This document shows positions 41,254-53,768 of a stretch of 64,000 nt of DNA, in pieces; within the stretch, counting starts at the first letter, position 1, and each line of letters opens with the position of its first letter. Origin of the DNA: Eledone cirrhosa (Eukaryota); the NCBI GenBank assembly GCA_964016885.1, contig OZ024742.1, positions 200,942,001-201,006,000 on the forward strand, written 5' to 3'. Position numbers and translations under genes: made by a program. The notes beneath the pieces were generated by a model, which had not been told where the DNA came from, searched no databases, and saw only the letters and a program-made list of their open reading frames with translations.

Positions 41254-41373
41254 TTCTTCTTCTTCTTCTTCTTCTTCTTCTTCTTCTTCTTCTTCTTCTT
41301 CTTCTTCTTCTTCTTCTTCTTCTTCTTCTTCTTCTTCTTCTTCTTCTTCTTCTTCTTCTTCTTCTTCTTCTTC
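41254..41373. repeat. (TTC)n microsatellite, about 40 perfect units
   Basis: Direct reading. Confidence 0.98.
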
Positions 41374-41559
41374 TCAAAATCAATTGCTATTTGTTTCAGT
41401 TCTCTGCTTTTGTGGTTCATTCTCTTTTTGCTGTTGTTGTTGTAGTTGTTGTTGCTGATGTATTTTTATTGATGCTGTCGTTGTAGTTGCTTCGTATGTT
41501 GTTTTGTTTTTTGTTGTCGTTTGTAACATTTGAACATGTATAATTGGGCGAGATTATAC

Positions 41560-41745
41560 GGATTGGCAGTATCGGTAGTGGGTAGGACGCCATGCTTTGA
41601 CGCATAGAGTTACGACCCTTGCCATGCTGAGTTCAAATCCCGCCGAGGTTAACTTTGCCTTTCATCCTTACGGGGTCGATAAAATAAAGTACCAGTAATA
41701 CACTGGTGAATTTGCTGGCCCTGTGCCAAAAAGTTTAAACAATTA
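41560..41745 (+). mobile_element. SINE copy
   Basis: ggattggcagtatcggtag..gagttcaaatcccgccgagg..aaagtaccagt. Confidence 0.85.
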
Positions 41746-41795
41746 TATAGTAATGATGGTGGTGGTGATGACAGTGTTATTGTTGTGGTAGAAAT

Positions 41796-43200
41796 GATGG
41801 TAATAGTGCTGGTAGTGTGTTGGGTGTGGCGTTGGTGCTGTTAATGGTAGTTGTAGTAACGATGGTAATAGTGCTGGTAGTGTGTTGGGTGTGGTGTTGG
41901 TGCTGTTAATGGTAGTTGTAGTAACGATGGTAATAGTGCTGGTGGTGTGTTGGGTATGGTGTGTTGGGTGTGGCGTTGGTGCTGTTAATGGTAGTTGTAG
42001 TAACGATGGTAATAGTGCTGGTAGTGTGTTGGGTGTGGTGTTGGTGCTGTTAATGGTAGTTGTAGTAACGATGGTAATAGTGCTGGTGGTGTGTTGGGTG
42101 TGGTGTTGGTGCTGCTAATGGTAGTTGTAGTAACGATGGTAATAGTGCTGGTGGTGTGTTGGGTGTGGTGTTGGTGCTGTTAATGGTAGTTGTAGTAACG
42201 ATGGTAATAGTGCTGGTGGTGTGTTGGGTATGGTGTGTTGGGTGTGGTGTTGGTGCTGTTAATGGTAGTTGTAGTAACGATGGTAATAGTGCTGGTAGTG
42301 TGTTGGGTGTGGTGTTGGTGCTGTTAATGGTAGTTGTAGTAACGATGGTAATAGTGCTGGTGGTGTGTTGGGTATGGTGTGTTGGGTGTGGCGTTGGTGC
42401 TGTTAATGGTAGTTGTAGTAACGATGGTAATAGTGCTGGTAGTGTGTTGGGTGTGGTGTTGGTGCTGTTAATGGTAGTTGTAGTAACGATGGTAATAGTG
42501 CTGGTGGTGTGTTGGGTATGGTGTGTTGGGTGTGGTGTTGGTACTGTTAATGGTAGTTGTAGTAACGATGGTAATAGTGCTGGTGGTGTGTTGGGTGTGG
42601 TGTTGGTGCTGTTAATGGTAGTTGTAGTAACGATGGTAATAGTGCTGGTGGTGTGTTGTGTGTGGTGTTGGTGCTGTTAATGGTAGTTGTAGTAACGATG
42701 GTAATAGTGCTGGTGGTGTGTTGGGTGTGGTGTTGGTGGTGTTGGTGTTGGTGCTGTTAATGGTAGTTGTAGTAACGATGGTAATAGTGCTGGTGGTGTG
42801 TTGGGTGTGGTGTGTTGGGTGTGGTGTTGGTGCTGTTAACGGTAGTTGTAGTAACGATAGTATTAGTGCTGGTGGTTTGTTGGGTGTGGTGTTGGTGGTG
42901 TTGGTGTTGGTACTGTTAATGGTAGTTGTAGTAACGATGGTAATAGTGCTGGTGGTGTGTTGGGTGTGGTGTGTTGGGTGGGGTGTTGGTGCTGTTAACG
43001 GTAGTTGTAGTAACGATAGTATTAGTGCTGGTGGTTTGTTGGGTGTGGTGTTGGTGGTGTTGGTGTTGGTGCTGTTAATGGTAGTTGTAGTAACGATGGT
43101 AATAGTGCTGGTGGTGTGTTGGGTGTGGTGTTGGTGCTGTTAACGGTAGTTGTAGTAACGATAGTATTAGTGCTGGTGGTTTGTTGGGTGTGGTGTTGGT
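41796..43200. repeat. 65/79-bp GT-rich minisatellite, about 19 units
   Basis: gatggtaatagtgctgg recurs at 41796, 41861, 41926, 42005 and onward. Confidence 0.93.
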
Positions 43201-44367
43201 GGTGTTGGTGTTGTTTGTGTTGATATTGTTGGTGGTGATAATGGTAGTAGTTATGTTGTTGTTGTTGTTATTATTATTATTACTGGTGGTGGTGTATTTG
43301 TGATAATGACAGCAGTAGTAGTTGTGATGCTGATGTTGCTGAGAATGGTGGGGGTGTTGTTGTTGTTGATGGTGTTGGTAGTGGTGGTTATGGTAATGAT
43401 AGCGGTAGGGGTTGTGATGGTGATGGCAGCAGTAGTGAGAATGATGGTGGTGGTGTGGGCAGTAGTGGTATTGATGCTGGTAGTGGTGGTATTGGTGCTT
43501 GTACAGGTGCTATTGGTGCTGGTTTTGGCGGTATTGGCTGGTAGTGGTGGTATTGGTGCTGGTACTGATGGTATTGGTGCTGGTTGTGGCTGTAATGGTG
43601 CTAGTAATGGTGGTATTGGTGCTGGTTGTGGCGGTATTGGTGCTGGTAGTGGTGGTATTGTTTCTAGTTGTGGTGGTATCGGTGCTGGTAGTTATGGTAT
43701 TGGTGCTAGTAATGGTGGTGTTGTTGCTGGTTGTTGTGGTATTGGTGCTGGTACTGGTGGTATTGAAGCTGGTAGTGGTGATATTGATGCTGGTAGTGTT
43801 GGTATTGATGCTGGTAGTGTTGGTATTGATACTGGAATGGTGATATTGATGCTGGTAATGGTGGTATTTTAGCTGGTAGTGGTGGTATAGATGCTGGTAG
43901 TGGTGGTATAGGTGCTGGAAGTGGTGGTATTGGTGCTGGTAATGGCGGTATTGGTTTTGGTCATGTTTGATCTTTTGCCGTCGGATTACAACGAAGCTTG
44001 TGGTCAAAACATGACTTAACAAACATGAGAGAAAGACGAAAAAGGAAACAGCAGGAGAGATGGAGGAACTGACGGCCATTTTTACATAGAATATTAGATA
44101 TTGGTTTCTAAGTTTGGCACATGATTACACAACGACAGTGGTCGTAGCAGGGCTGAATAGATAAGAAGTTTGCTTTGTAATCATTAGGCCTGGTGTTCAA
44201 TCCCATTGTGTGGCATGTTGGAGAAATCTCATTTACCATAGTCTCGGACCGACTCAGGCATTGTGAACAAAGTTGTGTAGACGGAACCTATTTGGAAGCT
44301 CCGTAGGATGGTATGATGTTGTTGTTGTTTGTGATGCTGTTTTTTGTTGTGGTTGTGGTTGTTTTGT

Positions 44368-44530
44368 GAAGGCGCATGGCTTAGTGGTTAGAGCATTGGG
44401 CTTGCAATCGAAATGTTGTTAGTTCAATTCTCGGGCCGGGTGATGTGTTGTGTCCTTGAGCAAGCCCCTTTATTTCACGTTGCTTCAATTTACTCAGCTG
44501 TAGAAATGAGTTGCGATCCTGCCAAATCAA
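44368..44530 (+). mobile_element. CORE-SINE-like element
   Basis: ggcgcatggcttagtggttag (A box), gttcaattc (B box), tgtgtccttgagcaag core. Confidence 0.75.
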
Positions 44531-46024
44531 TGAGTGGCAGTAGTTCCAGCTGCAAGCATCGAAAGACTGGTGTAGTGGTTCTGAGAACAATGCGGCTTTG
44601 CAGATGATCAATGCAAATTGACAATGGAAAGGCGCTCCCGCTCCAGTTAGAAGGGAACTATTGACGTTTAGGAGAAGTAGCGACCCCTGATTGTATTCAG
44701 AAACCGAAACAATTATGAAGTACACCAAATCCAATGCTCCTAGGGGCAGCCCTGGTTCTTCATATTTGCGAATGTAAACTCGGCCAAATTAGATAGATTA
44801 GGTTAGATTGTGGTTTTTGTTGTTGTTGCTGTTGTTATTGATATTGGTGTTGATATTGGTGGTGATGGCGTCAATGCTGTGGGTATTGTTATTGTTTTTG
44901 TTATTGTTTTTGGTGGCATATTAGTGTTGTTGTTGGTGATGATGGTGTGTTGAAGTGAATATAGCTAGTGCTAGTGATGTGTTTAGTGTTATTATTGTTC
45001 ATTGGAAACCCCAGTAGGACGGTGTGTACCAGTAATATAATATGCCAGCCAGCCTTGTCATACACTGTGTCAGGCTCAATATCTCTGAGAATTAGGTTGA
45101 GAATACACATGTTTTTTAAATTCTCAACCACTTGCACGCCAATTTCATGAGCAGGCTTTTCGATGATTGAACCACTAGAACATTCACCGTTGAAGCCGAC
45201 GAAGGTTCATTTCACGACATCAACAGATGGGATCTACTAGATTCTAGTAACTAGAATTAGCAGTTAAATATCTCTCGAGTAATCGTCTTATAATTGGAAA
45301 GAACCATGAGAATGAAGGGGGGCAGCAACCATTTGGCAGTCTCACGCCACAGTATCACAAAAGGATGCACATGAAAAATACCATATAGACGTGGCTAAAA
45401 TGACTTTAATGACATGTCTGTTTAGTCAATACCAGGTTACGACCCAGTATATCATACGATACCCATACGACTCAACCAGGAGGTACGAGTCCTTGCCAGG
45501 CCATACTATGCCGTACATATATCCGTCTATATATCTATATATATCCCATAATTCTGACTATATGTGTATTGGTCTATGTCTTTCTATAGTAATGTGTATA
45601 AGTTTATATATACCTATTTGAATATATGTACGTGACTATATGCCCATATATACCAATATCTATCAGTCTAAACCTAAATGTGTCTATATATCTACGACAA
45701 GATATGTGTTTATATATCAATGGCTACATATTTACATTTCTCTCTGTGTATATAAATGCATACATGTCTCTCTATATTTATATGTTTATATGTACATATG
45801 TTTATATATATATATATATTCATATGTCTGTATTAGTCTATATATTCATCATGATTTCTATATTCTTATTCCACCATGTTTGCTGAACCTTTAGAATTTG
45901 TACAATAGATTGCAGTGATATCAGATCATATTCTTAAAAGAAAACAGGGACGGATATACAAATATAGGAAGAAAAACCCACAGCGAGCAGTTATGGCGTA
46001 TGTACAGGAATGGTTGAGAGAGAG

Positions 46025-46107
<83 letters not shown>

Positions 46108-46394
46108 CAGAGTGTGTGTGTGTGTGCGAGAAAAAAATATATACAGAGAGAGAGAGAGGAGGAGAGGGAGAGGGAAAGGGGAAGAGACTTGGCAGAAAGA
46201 GGTTAGCGCATCACACCAACGACGGCTGAGACACCAATGGTTGAAAAAAGTAAGCAGAAGGGCAGAGCGAGATAGGTTGAGGGTCTGTTTGTTTTTAGTA
46301 AAACAGCACGTGTCCTTATTTGAAGCAGTGATAAAGAACGGATGTTTAGGATTCCTGCTGTCTCTTAATATCTTGATTAGTAGTTAGATAGATA

Positions 46395-47950
46395 ACTTTC
46401 TTTTTATTTGCCACCAGGGCATCAAAGAGTGGGACAAGTACAATGGGGGGAGTTTACATAAAAAGGCGTCCTCAATAAGGAAGAGGCAATAACAAAATAT
46501 AAAAATATAAAAATATAAAATATAACAAAAATAAATTGAATAACAAAATCCTCAATATGCAGGAGGCGCCTTGGGGGGTCGCACACAACCCCGAAAAAAG
46601 TGTGCAACACTTCTCCTCAGGAGCACAGAGAGAGGGTGCTCCCTTGATCTTTCATTTTTCTCACCTACAGTCTGATGTAAGTGAAGGCCCATTCACACGG
46701 GCCATTCTCGTCACTTTCACCCATCTTTCATAAAAACGGCTGGGGTGCAGCACCTCTCTCTCCATCCTGATCCTTCTTCCGAAATGATATCGGAAGAAAC
46801 GGACCAGTTGTTGGCCAGAGAGAAAGGTGTCTGACCTCAGTCCTTTCAGATGCGTCCACCATACAACCTCTTTCACCATGGCTATTACGCACAGAAACAC
46901 CGCCTCTCCTTCGTTTTTGAAGAGGGGAGGCGGCTTGATCGTTACAATAGACTCGGTGGTCAACCGGATCGGTCCCTCCCGTGACAGCAGTCGTTCGATA
47001 TAGCCCCACAGATCGGAAATGCCCGAGCAGTGTACCAATGCGTGTGTAACGGTTTCCTCGTCGCACACGTATCTGGGACAGATCTTTTTCGAGGGGTCCC
47101 TACTCGGGAGCCCGTGTCTGTAGAGCTTTTCTCTAACGGGCAGAGCCCCTCGGTAGCACTGCCAAGCCAGGGAGCTCTGGAAGTTATCCATAGGTCCCGG
47201 GCTGAATGCCCTACAACAACTCCAACTTACGCAGCAGTGGCTCTAGAGTCATTACATACAGAAGGGAGGAGAGAGGACACCCTTGTCGGATTGACCGCAT
47301 GATTTCGAACGGCTCCGAGAGGTAGCCGTTCACCTTGACTCTAGAGCAGATGTGGCTGCTATACATGGCAGTGATCCAGCCCCTGAAAACGGGTCCAAAG
47401 CCTGCAGCCGCTAGCACCGCATCCAGGTAACCATGGTCGACCCTATCGAATGCCTTAGATTGATCCAAGTTGATCAGGGCCCCACCAAAGCCGGGTTCGT
47501 TCCCAACCCTCTCTATGATGTATCGCATGAGGTGGAGGTTGTCGTGGATGGACCTAGACGGAATAGCACATGTCTGCGCATCTCCCACCAGGTTGCCCAG
47601 GACAAGCGCCAACCTCTTTGCTAGGACTTTGGCCAACATCTGTAACTCTGTATTTAGCAGAGTTATAGGCCTGACATTTCTTATATCGTCCCCCTTGTTT
47701 TCGCCCTTCCTCACTAGCGTGACTCCGCCCTTGGTCACTGCACAGGGAATTCTCCCGTTCTGTTGCCAGTTGCAGTAGACCGCCTCGAGGAGATCGGGGA
47801 ACAAGTCCGGCATAGCTAGATATAGTTCGTATGGAAGATCATCGAGACCCCAGTATTTGCGTTTGTCGGATTGGCTCAGCACGTTCTCTATCTCAGCGGC
47901 TGAAATCAGCTCCTCGCAGGACTTCGCCTCCTTGTCCGAGAGACGCGGCA
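46395..47950 (-). mobile_element. Tx1 copy E1 (5'-truncated, internal deletion near 47211)
   Basis: RT N-half joined to C-terminal CCHC region; (TAGA)n on both sides. Confidence 0.92.
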
Positions 47951-47961
47951 TAGATAGATAG

Positions 47962-47987
47962 ATTTCTTTATTTGCCACAAGGGCGCA
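47962..47987 (-). mobile_element. 26-bp Tx1 3'-terminal stub
   Basis: tgcgcccttgtggcaaataaagaaat (identical to the copy D end) between TAGA tracts. Confidence 0.8.
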
Positions 47988-48045
47988 TAGGTAGATAGAT
48001 AAATAGGTAGATAGGTAGATAGATAGATAGATAGATAGATAGATA

Positions 48046-50046
48046 TATTTCTTTATTAGCCACAGGGGCACAAAAGAAGGGGACAAATACAAAGGGGGAA
48101 GTTTACATACAATAAAAACGTGTAAAATGTTATCACAGATGGAATTTAAAAGTTAGTCGATTTTCCCCAATAGAGGGAGACAGTTTATATGGGTAACACA
48201 GACCCCCGAAAAAAATGTGCAACCCTCATCTCCAGGAGTACGAAGAGCTTGTACTCCTTTCCTCTCCTCCTCCTTTTCCTCAACCTACAGGCTGATATAG
48301 AGAGAAGGCCCATTCACTCGGGCCATTCTCGCCACTTTCACCCACCTTTCATAAAACTTGCTGGGGTACAGCACCTCTCTCTCCATCCTGATTCTTCTTC
48401 CAAAGTGGTATTTGAAAAAAAGAATCAGTTGTTGGCCGGAGAGAAAGGTGTCTGACCTCAGCCCTTTCAACCTTGTCCACCATACAACCTCTTTCGCCAT
48501 AGCTATCACACAAAGGAAAACCGCCTCTCCTTCGTTTTTGAAGGAGGGTGGCGGTTTGATCATGACAATGGACTCGGTGGTCAACTGGATTGGTCCCACC
48601 CGCGACAATAGTCGTTCTACATAGCCCCACAGGTCAGTGACGCCCGGGCAGTGTATGAATGCGTGCGCGACGGTTTCTTCGTCTCGCACGCACCTCGGAC
48701 AGATCTTTTTTGCAGGGTCCCTGCCCGGGCGCCCATGTCTGTAGAGCTTGTCTCGAACTGGTAGAGCTCCTCGGTAGCACTGCCAGGCCAGGGACTTTTG
48801 GAAGTTGTCCATCGGTCCCGGGCGGAAGGTCCTACCGAACAGACTGGCCAGTTCATCTTCCTCCACGCCTAGAGTTTCACCGAGCGCGTCGTCGCACTTG
48901 CTGCGGACCAACCCTCTATAGAATGACGAAGTGGAGTCTCCACTGATCGCCGGGTCCGCCTGCCAGAGGGCTGTGAGCGCCTGAGCACATTCGATGTGCC
49001 AGTCGCCCATTTTCCTCGGTCTCTGCTTGACCCAGGACTGCAGCTCGGTCAGTGAGACGAGTCGTGGGAAGGCTCGGCTCACGAACGGGGCCCACACCGG
49101 TTGTCCGGTGAGGAATACGTAGAGATGCCGCAGCCTGAGCGCGTGTTTGCGCATCGTCAACCACGGCATCCCCAGCCCTCCGTTAGAAGGGTGTTGGCAG
49201 CAGATGGATCTTCTTACCAAAGGAGCCCGCCTCTTCCAAAGGAATCGGAAGAGGGCGCGCTCCATTTTGGCGAGCGTTTTGGCTGGACAAGGCACGACGG
49301 TCAAGCGGTAGTAGATGGCGGACGCTATAAAAGTGTTCGCCACCTCCGCTCGACCTTTCAAGGATAGTTTGCACTCGGCCCACTTCTGGGTGAGTGCAAA
49401 CACCTTGGCCGTCACTTCGTTCCAGTTCTTCTCCACCTGGAGGTCCGGACCAAACCAGACCCCGAGCAGCTTTACCGGTCCTTCCGTCCAGCGTCCGACG
49501 ACGCCATCGGAAGGCATCGGTCTGCCTCTCCACGATCCGAGTTGCAAACCGATGGACTTGTCCCGGTTCAGCTTCGCTCCTGTGAGACTTTCGTATTCCT
49601 TTAGTAAGGTGCCGACTTTCTCGATTTGCGAGGCGCTCGACACCATTACTGTCACGTCGTCGGCGTAGGCCGACGCCGCTTTCCGCAGTCCCGGTTCCAG
49701 AGGGATGCCCTGCAATAGCTCCAGCTTCCGCAGTAGTGGCTCGAGAGTCAGTACGTACAGAAGGGAGGAGAGAGGGCATCCCTGTCGAATGGATCGCGTA
49801 ATATGGAACGGCTCCGAGAGGTAACCGTTCACCTTGACCCTTGAGCAGATGTTGCTGTTGTGCATTGCAGCAATCCAGCCCCTGAACACGGGTCCGAAGC
49901 CTGCCGCCTCGAGCACCGCATCCAGGTAACGATGGTCAACCCTATCGAAAGCCTTAGACTGATCCAAGTTGATCAGGGCCCCACCGAAGCCGGGTTTACA
50001 CCCTACCCTCTCTATGATGTATCGCATGGGGTGGAGGTTGTCGTGT

Positions 50047-50047
<1 letters not shown>
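48046..50047 (-). mobile_element. Tx1 copy E2 (5'-truncated in RT; open 580-aa frame 48285-50027)
   Basis: Uninterrupted RT to C-terminus; same subfamily as copy A; (TAGA)n flanks. Confidence 0.95.
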
Positions 50048-50088
<41 letters not shown>

Positions 50089-50329
50089 TGATAGATAAAT
50101 TTCTATTTATTTGCCACGACGGCACAAAAGAAGGGGACATTTACACAGTGGGGGAGTTTACATAAATCGAGTAAAGAAAAAAGGAATAACAATAATAATA
50201 TAACAATAAAAAGTCCTCAAAAGGGAGGGGGCGTGTTGGGGATTGCACATACCCCCGAAAAGTGTGCAACTCTTTTCGCGGGGGAAGCCCAGAGAGGAGG
50301 CGCTCCCCCTTTCCTCTTCACTTCTTCAC

Positions 50330-53300
50330 CTACAGAACAATGTAGAGAGAAGGCCCATTTACACGGGCCATTCTCGCTTCTTTCACCCACCTTTCATAAA
50401 ACTGTCTGGGACCAAGCACTTCTCTCTCCATCCTGATTCTTCTTCCGAAGTGGTATCGGAAGAAGTAAACCAGGTGATGGCCGGAGAGAAAGTCACCCGA
50501 CCTCAGACCTTTCAGGCGCGTCCACCACACAACCTCTTTCATCATGGCTATTACGCACAAAAAGACCGCCTCTGCTTCATTTCTGAAGGGAGGAGGCGGC
50601 TTGATGTTCACCACAGACTCGGCGGTTAATCGAATCGGTGCCACACGCGACAGCAGTCGTTCGACGTAGCCCCACAGATCGGCAACGCCCGGGCAGTGTA
50701 CCAGTGCATGCGCAACGGTTTCCTCGTCGCGCACGCATCTGGGACAGATCTTTTTCGCGGGATCCCTGCCCGGGCGCCCGTGTCTGTAGAGCTTTTCTCG
50801 AACGGGCAGAGCCCCCCGGTAACACTGCCAGGCTAGGGACCTCTGGAAGTTGTCCATGGGTCCCGGGCCGAAAGTTCTACCGAACAGGCTGGCCAGTTCG
50901 TCCTCCTCCATGGCTAGCGACTCTCCAAGGGTGTCGTCGCCCCTGCTAGCCACCAACCCTCTATAGAATGTCGAGGTGGATTCTCCACTGACAGTCGGGT
51001 CCGCTTGCCAGATAGCCGTGAGCGCCTGGGCACACTCGGTGTGCCAGTTGCCCAGTTTTCTCGGTCTTTGCTTGACCCAGGATTGTAGTTCGGTGAGCGA
51101 GACGAGCTGTGGGAAGGCTCGCCTCACAAACGGGGCCCACACCGGCTGACCGTTGAGGAATACCTGTAGATGCCGTAGCCTCAATGCGTGCCTACGCATC
51201 AACAGCCACGGCATACCCAGCCCTCCTTTCGAAGGGTGCTGGCAGCAGATGGATCTCCTCACCATGGGAGGCCGCTTCTTCCAGAGGAACTGGAAGAGCA
51301 TGCGTTCCATGATGGTGAGCTTTTCCTTGGGGCAAGGCACGACGGTCAGGCGGTAGTAGATGACGGACGCTATGTAAGCGTTCGTCACCTCCGCCCGACC
51401 TTTCAGTGATAGTTTGCACTTGGCCCACTTCTGGGTCAGCGCAAACACCCTGCTCGTCACCTCGCCCCAATTCTTCTCCACCTGGAGGTCCGGTCCGAAC
51501 CAGACCCCGAGCAGCTTCACCGGGCCCTCCGTCCACCGCCCGACGACACCGTCTAACGGCATCGGTTTGCCCTTCCACGTTCCGAGTTGCAAACCGACTG
51601 ACTTGTCCTGGTTCAGCTTAGCCCCCGTCAGCCTTTCGTATTCCTCCAGTAGGGTGGCGATCGCCCCGATTTCCGAGGCGTCCGCCACCATTACTGTTAC
51701 GTCGTCGGCATAGGCCGAGACCGCTTTGTGCAATCCCGGTTCCAGGGGTATGCCCCGCAGCAACTCCAACTTCCGCAGCAGTGGCTCGAGAGTCAATACG
51801 TACAGAAGGGAGGAGAGGGGGCACCCCTGTCTGATGGATCGGGTGATTTGAAACGGCTCCGAGAGGTAGCCGTTTACTTTAATCCTAGAGTAGATGTTGC
51901 CACTGTGCATGGCAGAAATCCAGCCCCTGAAAACGGGTCCGAAGCCCGCCGCCGCTAGCACCGCATCCAGGTAACAATGGTCGACCCTATCGAACGCCTT
52001 AGATTGATCCAAGTTGATCAGGGCCCCACCAAAGCCGGGTTCGTAGCCAACCCTCTCTATGATGTATCGCATGAGGTGGAGGTTGTCGTGAATGGACCTG
52101 GACGGGATAGCGCATGTCTGCGCGTCTCCCACCAAACCACCCACCACAAGCGCCAACCTCTTCGCCAACACCTTGGCCAAAATCTGTAACTCTGCATTCA
52201 GCAGAGTTATGGGCCTAAAGTTACTTAAGTCGTCCCCCTTGCTCTCGTCCTTCCTCACTAGCGTGACCACGCCCTTGGTCACAGAACAGGGAATTCTCCC
52301 GTTCTGTTGCCAGTTGCAATAGACAGCCTCGAGGAGTTCGGAGAACAAGACCGGCATAGCTAAATAAAGTTCGTATGGTAGACCATCGAGACCCGGGGAT
52401 TTGCGTCTGCTGCATTGGCTGAGCGCTTCCCCGATTTCAGTGGCTGTGATTGGCCTTTCGCAGCACTCCGCTTCGCCGCTCGAAAGACGCGGTAGACCGT
52501 CGAGGTATGGACCGAAGTCCACATCCCCGTCCGGCCCCCCGCCACCTCCGAACAGTCGAGCAAAGTGCCTTTGAAAGGTCTCGCACATTCGCTCAGGTTC
52601 AAGGATCACCCGTCCATCCTGGTCTCGCAAGACCGAATGGTGGATTTAATCCCACTCTTGGCTTCTGTCACGCGGGCCCAGCTAACAGCTTTGGTCCCCT
52701 CGTTTCCTAAAGCACGTATTTTACTTCGGACAACGCAGCCTTCGTGCTTCGCGTCAAAGAACTGGCTCAATGCCGTTCTCGTCGCTAACACTCTGGCTAC
52801 GTCTCCGCTCCTAATCGCCTCTTCTAGTTTATCTGTTAACTCCCTTTCCTTCCTATTTCTATTCGCCGCTAGTTCCTTACTGTAACCTATCGAACTTACT
52901 CTAATCTCTCTCTTTAGAGATACCCACCACCTACTGTTGACGATCGCTCCCGTCAACCGCATCTTAACTAAGCTACTAATCCGGTTTCTGTAATCTTTCT
53001 TTGTCGGTAAGGACAAGTTCATCTTCCAGTAACCGGGACCCTGTCTATGCGTTCTATCAAGGTTGACCACGCAGGTCACTAATTTGTGATCTGAATAGCC
53101 AACCATGATCAGTTCTGGACAACTAAATACGTCCCTATCCTTACTCCTAACCAAAAACCTATCTAGGTACGATCTAGATTGTCCACTGCGGTTTGCCCAG
53201 GTCCAGGTTGGCGCAGTTGGACAATCTAGTCGAAATCTATCGACCAGGTCGAATCGATCGAGTAACCCCTTGAGGCTGCTACACCCCCCTCTATCGGGAC

Positions 53301-53768
53301 ATGCCCCTGCATAGTCCCAACGCGCATCTAGGATTCCATTCCAGTCCCCCACTAAAAGCAGGGAACGCGACGTTCCTAGAAAAGTCTCCAGACGCTGGAA
53401 GAAGTCGGCTCTTTCCGCCCCGAAGGGAGCATAAAGACCGACCAGTCTGAAAGCCCCGCCTTCACCGCCTCCGACGTCCAGCACCAGTAATCGACCCCCC
53501 GGGTCCGAGTGAACAATCTGTACGTCGAGAGTCAGACGTTTATCCAGCAGTACGGCAACTCCCCCCCCCGCCTCCGGGTTGACAGAGTGATGCGTGCATC
53601 TCAAAGTCATCGAAGGCGGGCGCCAGCTGTCTCACGCTGCTGATCCGACTCTCACAAACAACCATCACATCTATACTTTGTGACCTGAGGTCACTTAGAA
53701 GCTTTGCTTGCTTCCAAGCTGAGCCCAGGCCACGCGCGTTCAAACAGCCAACTCTCAATTGATCTATT
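50330..53768 (-). pseudogene. Tx1 ORF2 (APE endonuclease, reverse transcriptase, CCHC) with 2 frameshifts and ATG apparently mutated to ATA
   Basis: LNARGL, GDWN, SDH, RPITLLN, YADD, CPRC..H..C motifs; 766-aa open segment. Confidence 0.9.

Noticed and set aside
40359-41458. Mucin-like, poly-K, poly-F and poly-S ORFs
   Set aside because: Translations of simple repeats.
43300-44079. Gly-rich or Thr-rich structural protein ORFs
   Set aside because: Lie within a GGT-derived low-complexity tract open in several frames; no splice or start support.
44368-44445. tRNA gene
   Set aside because: Has A/B boxes but no full cloverleaf and continues into a SINE core.
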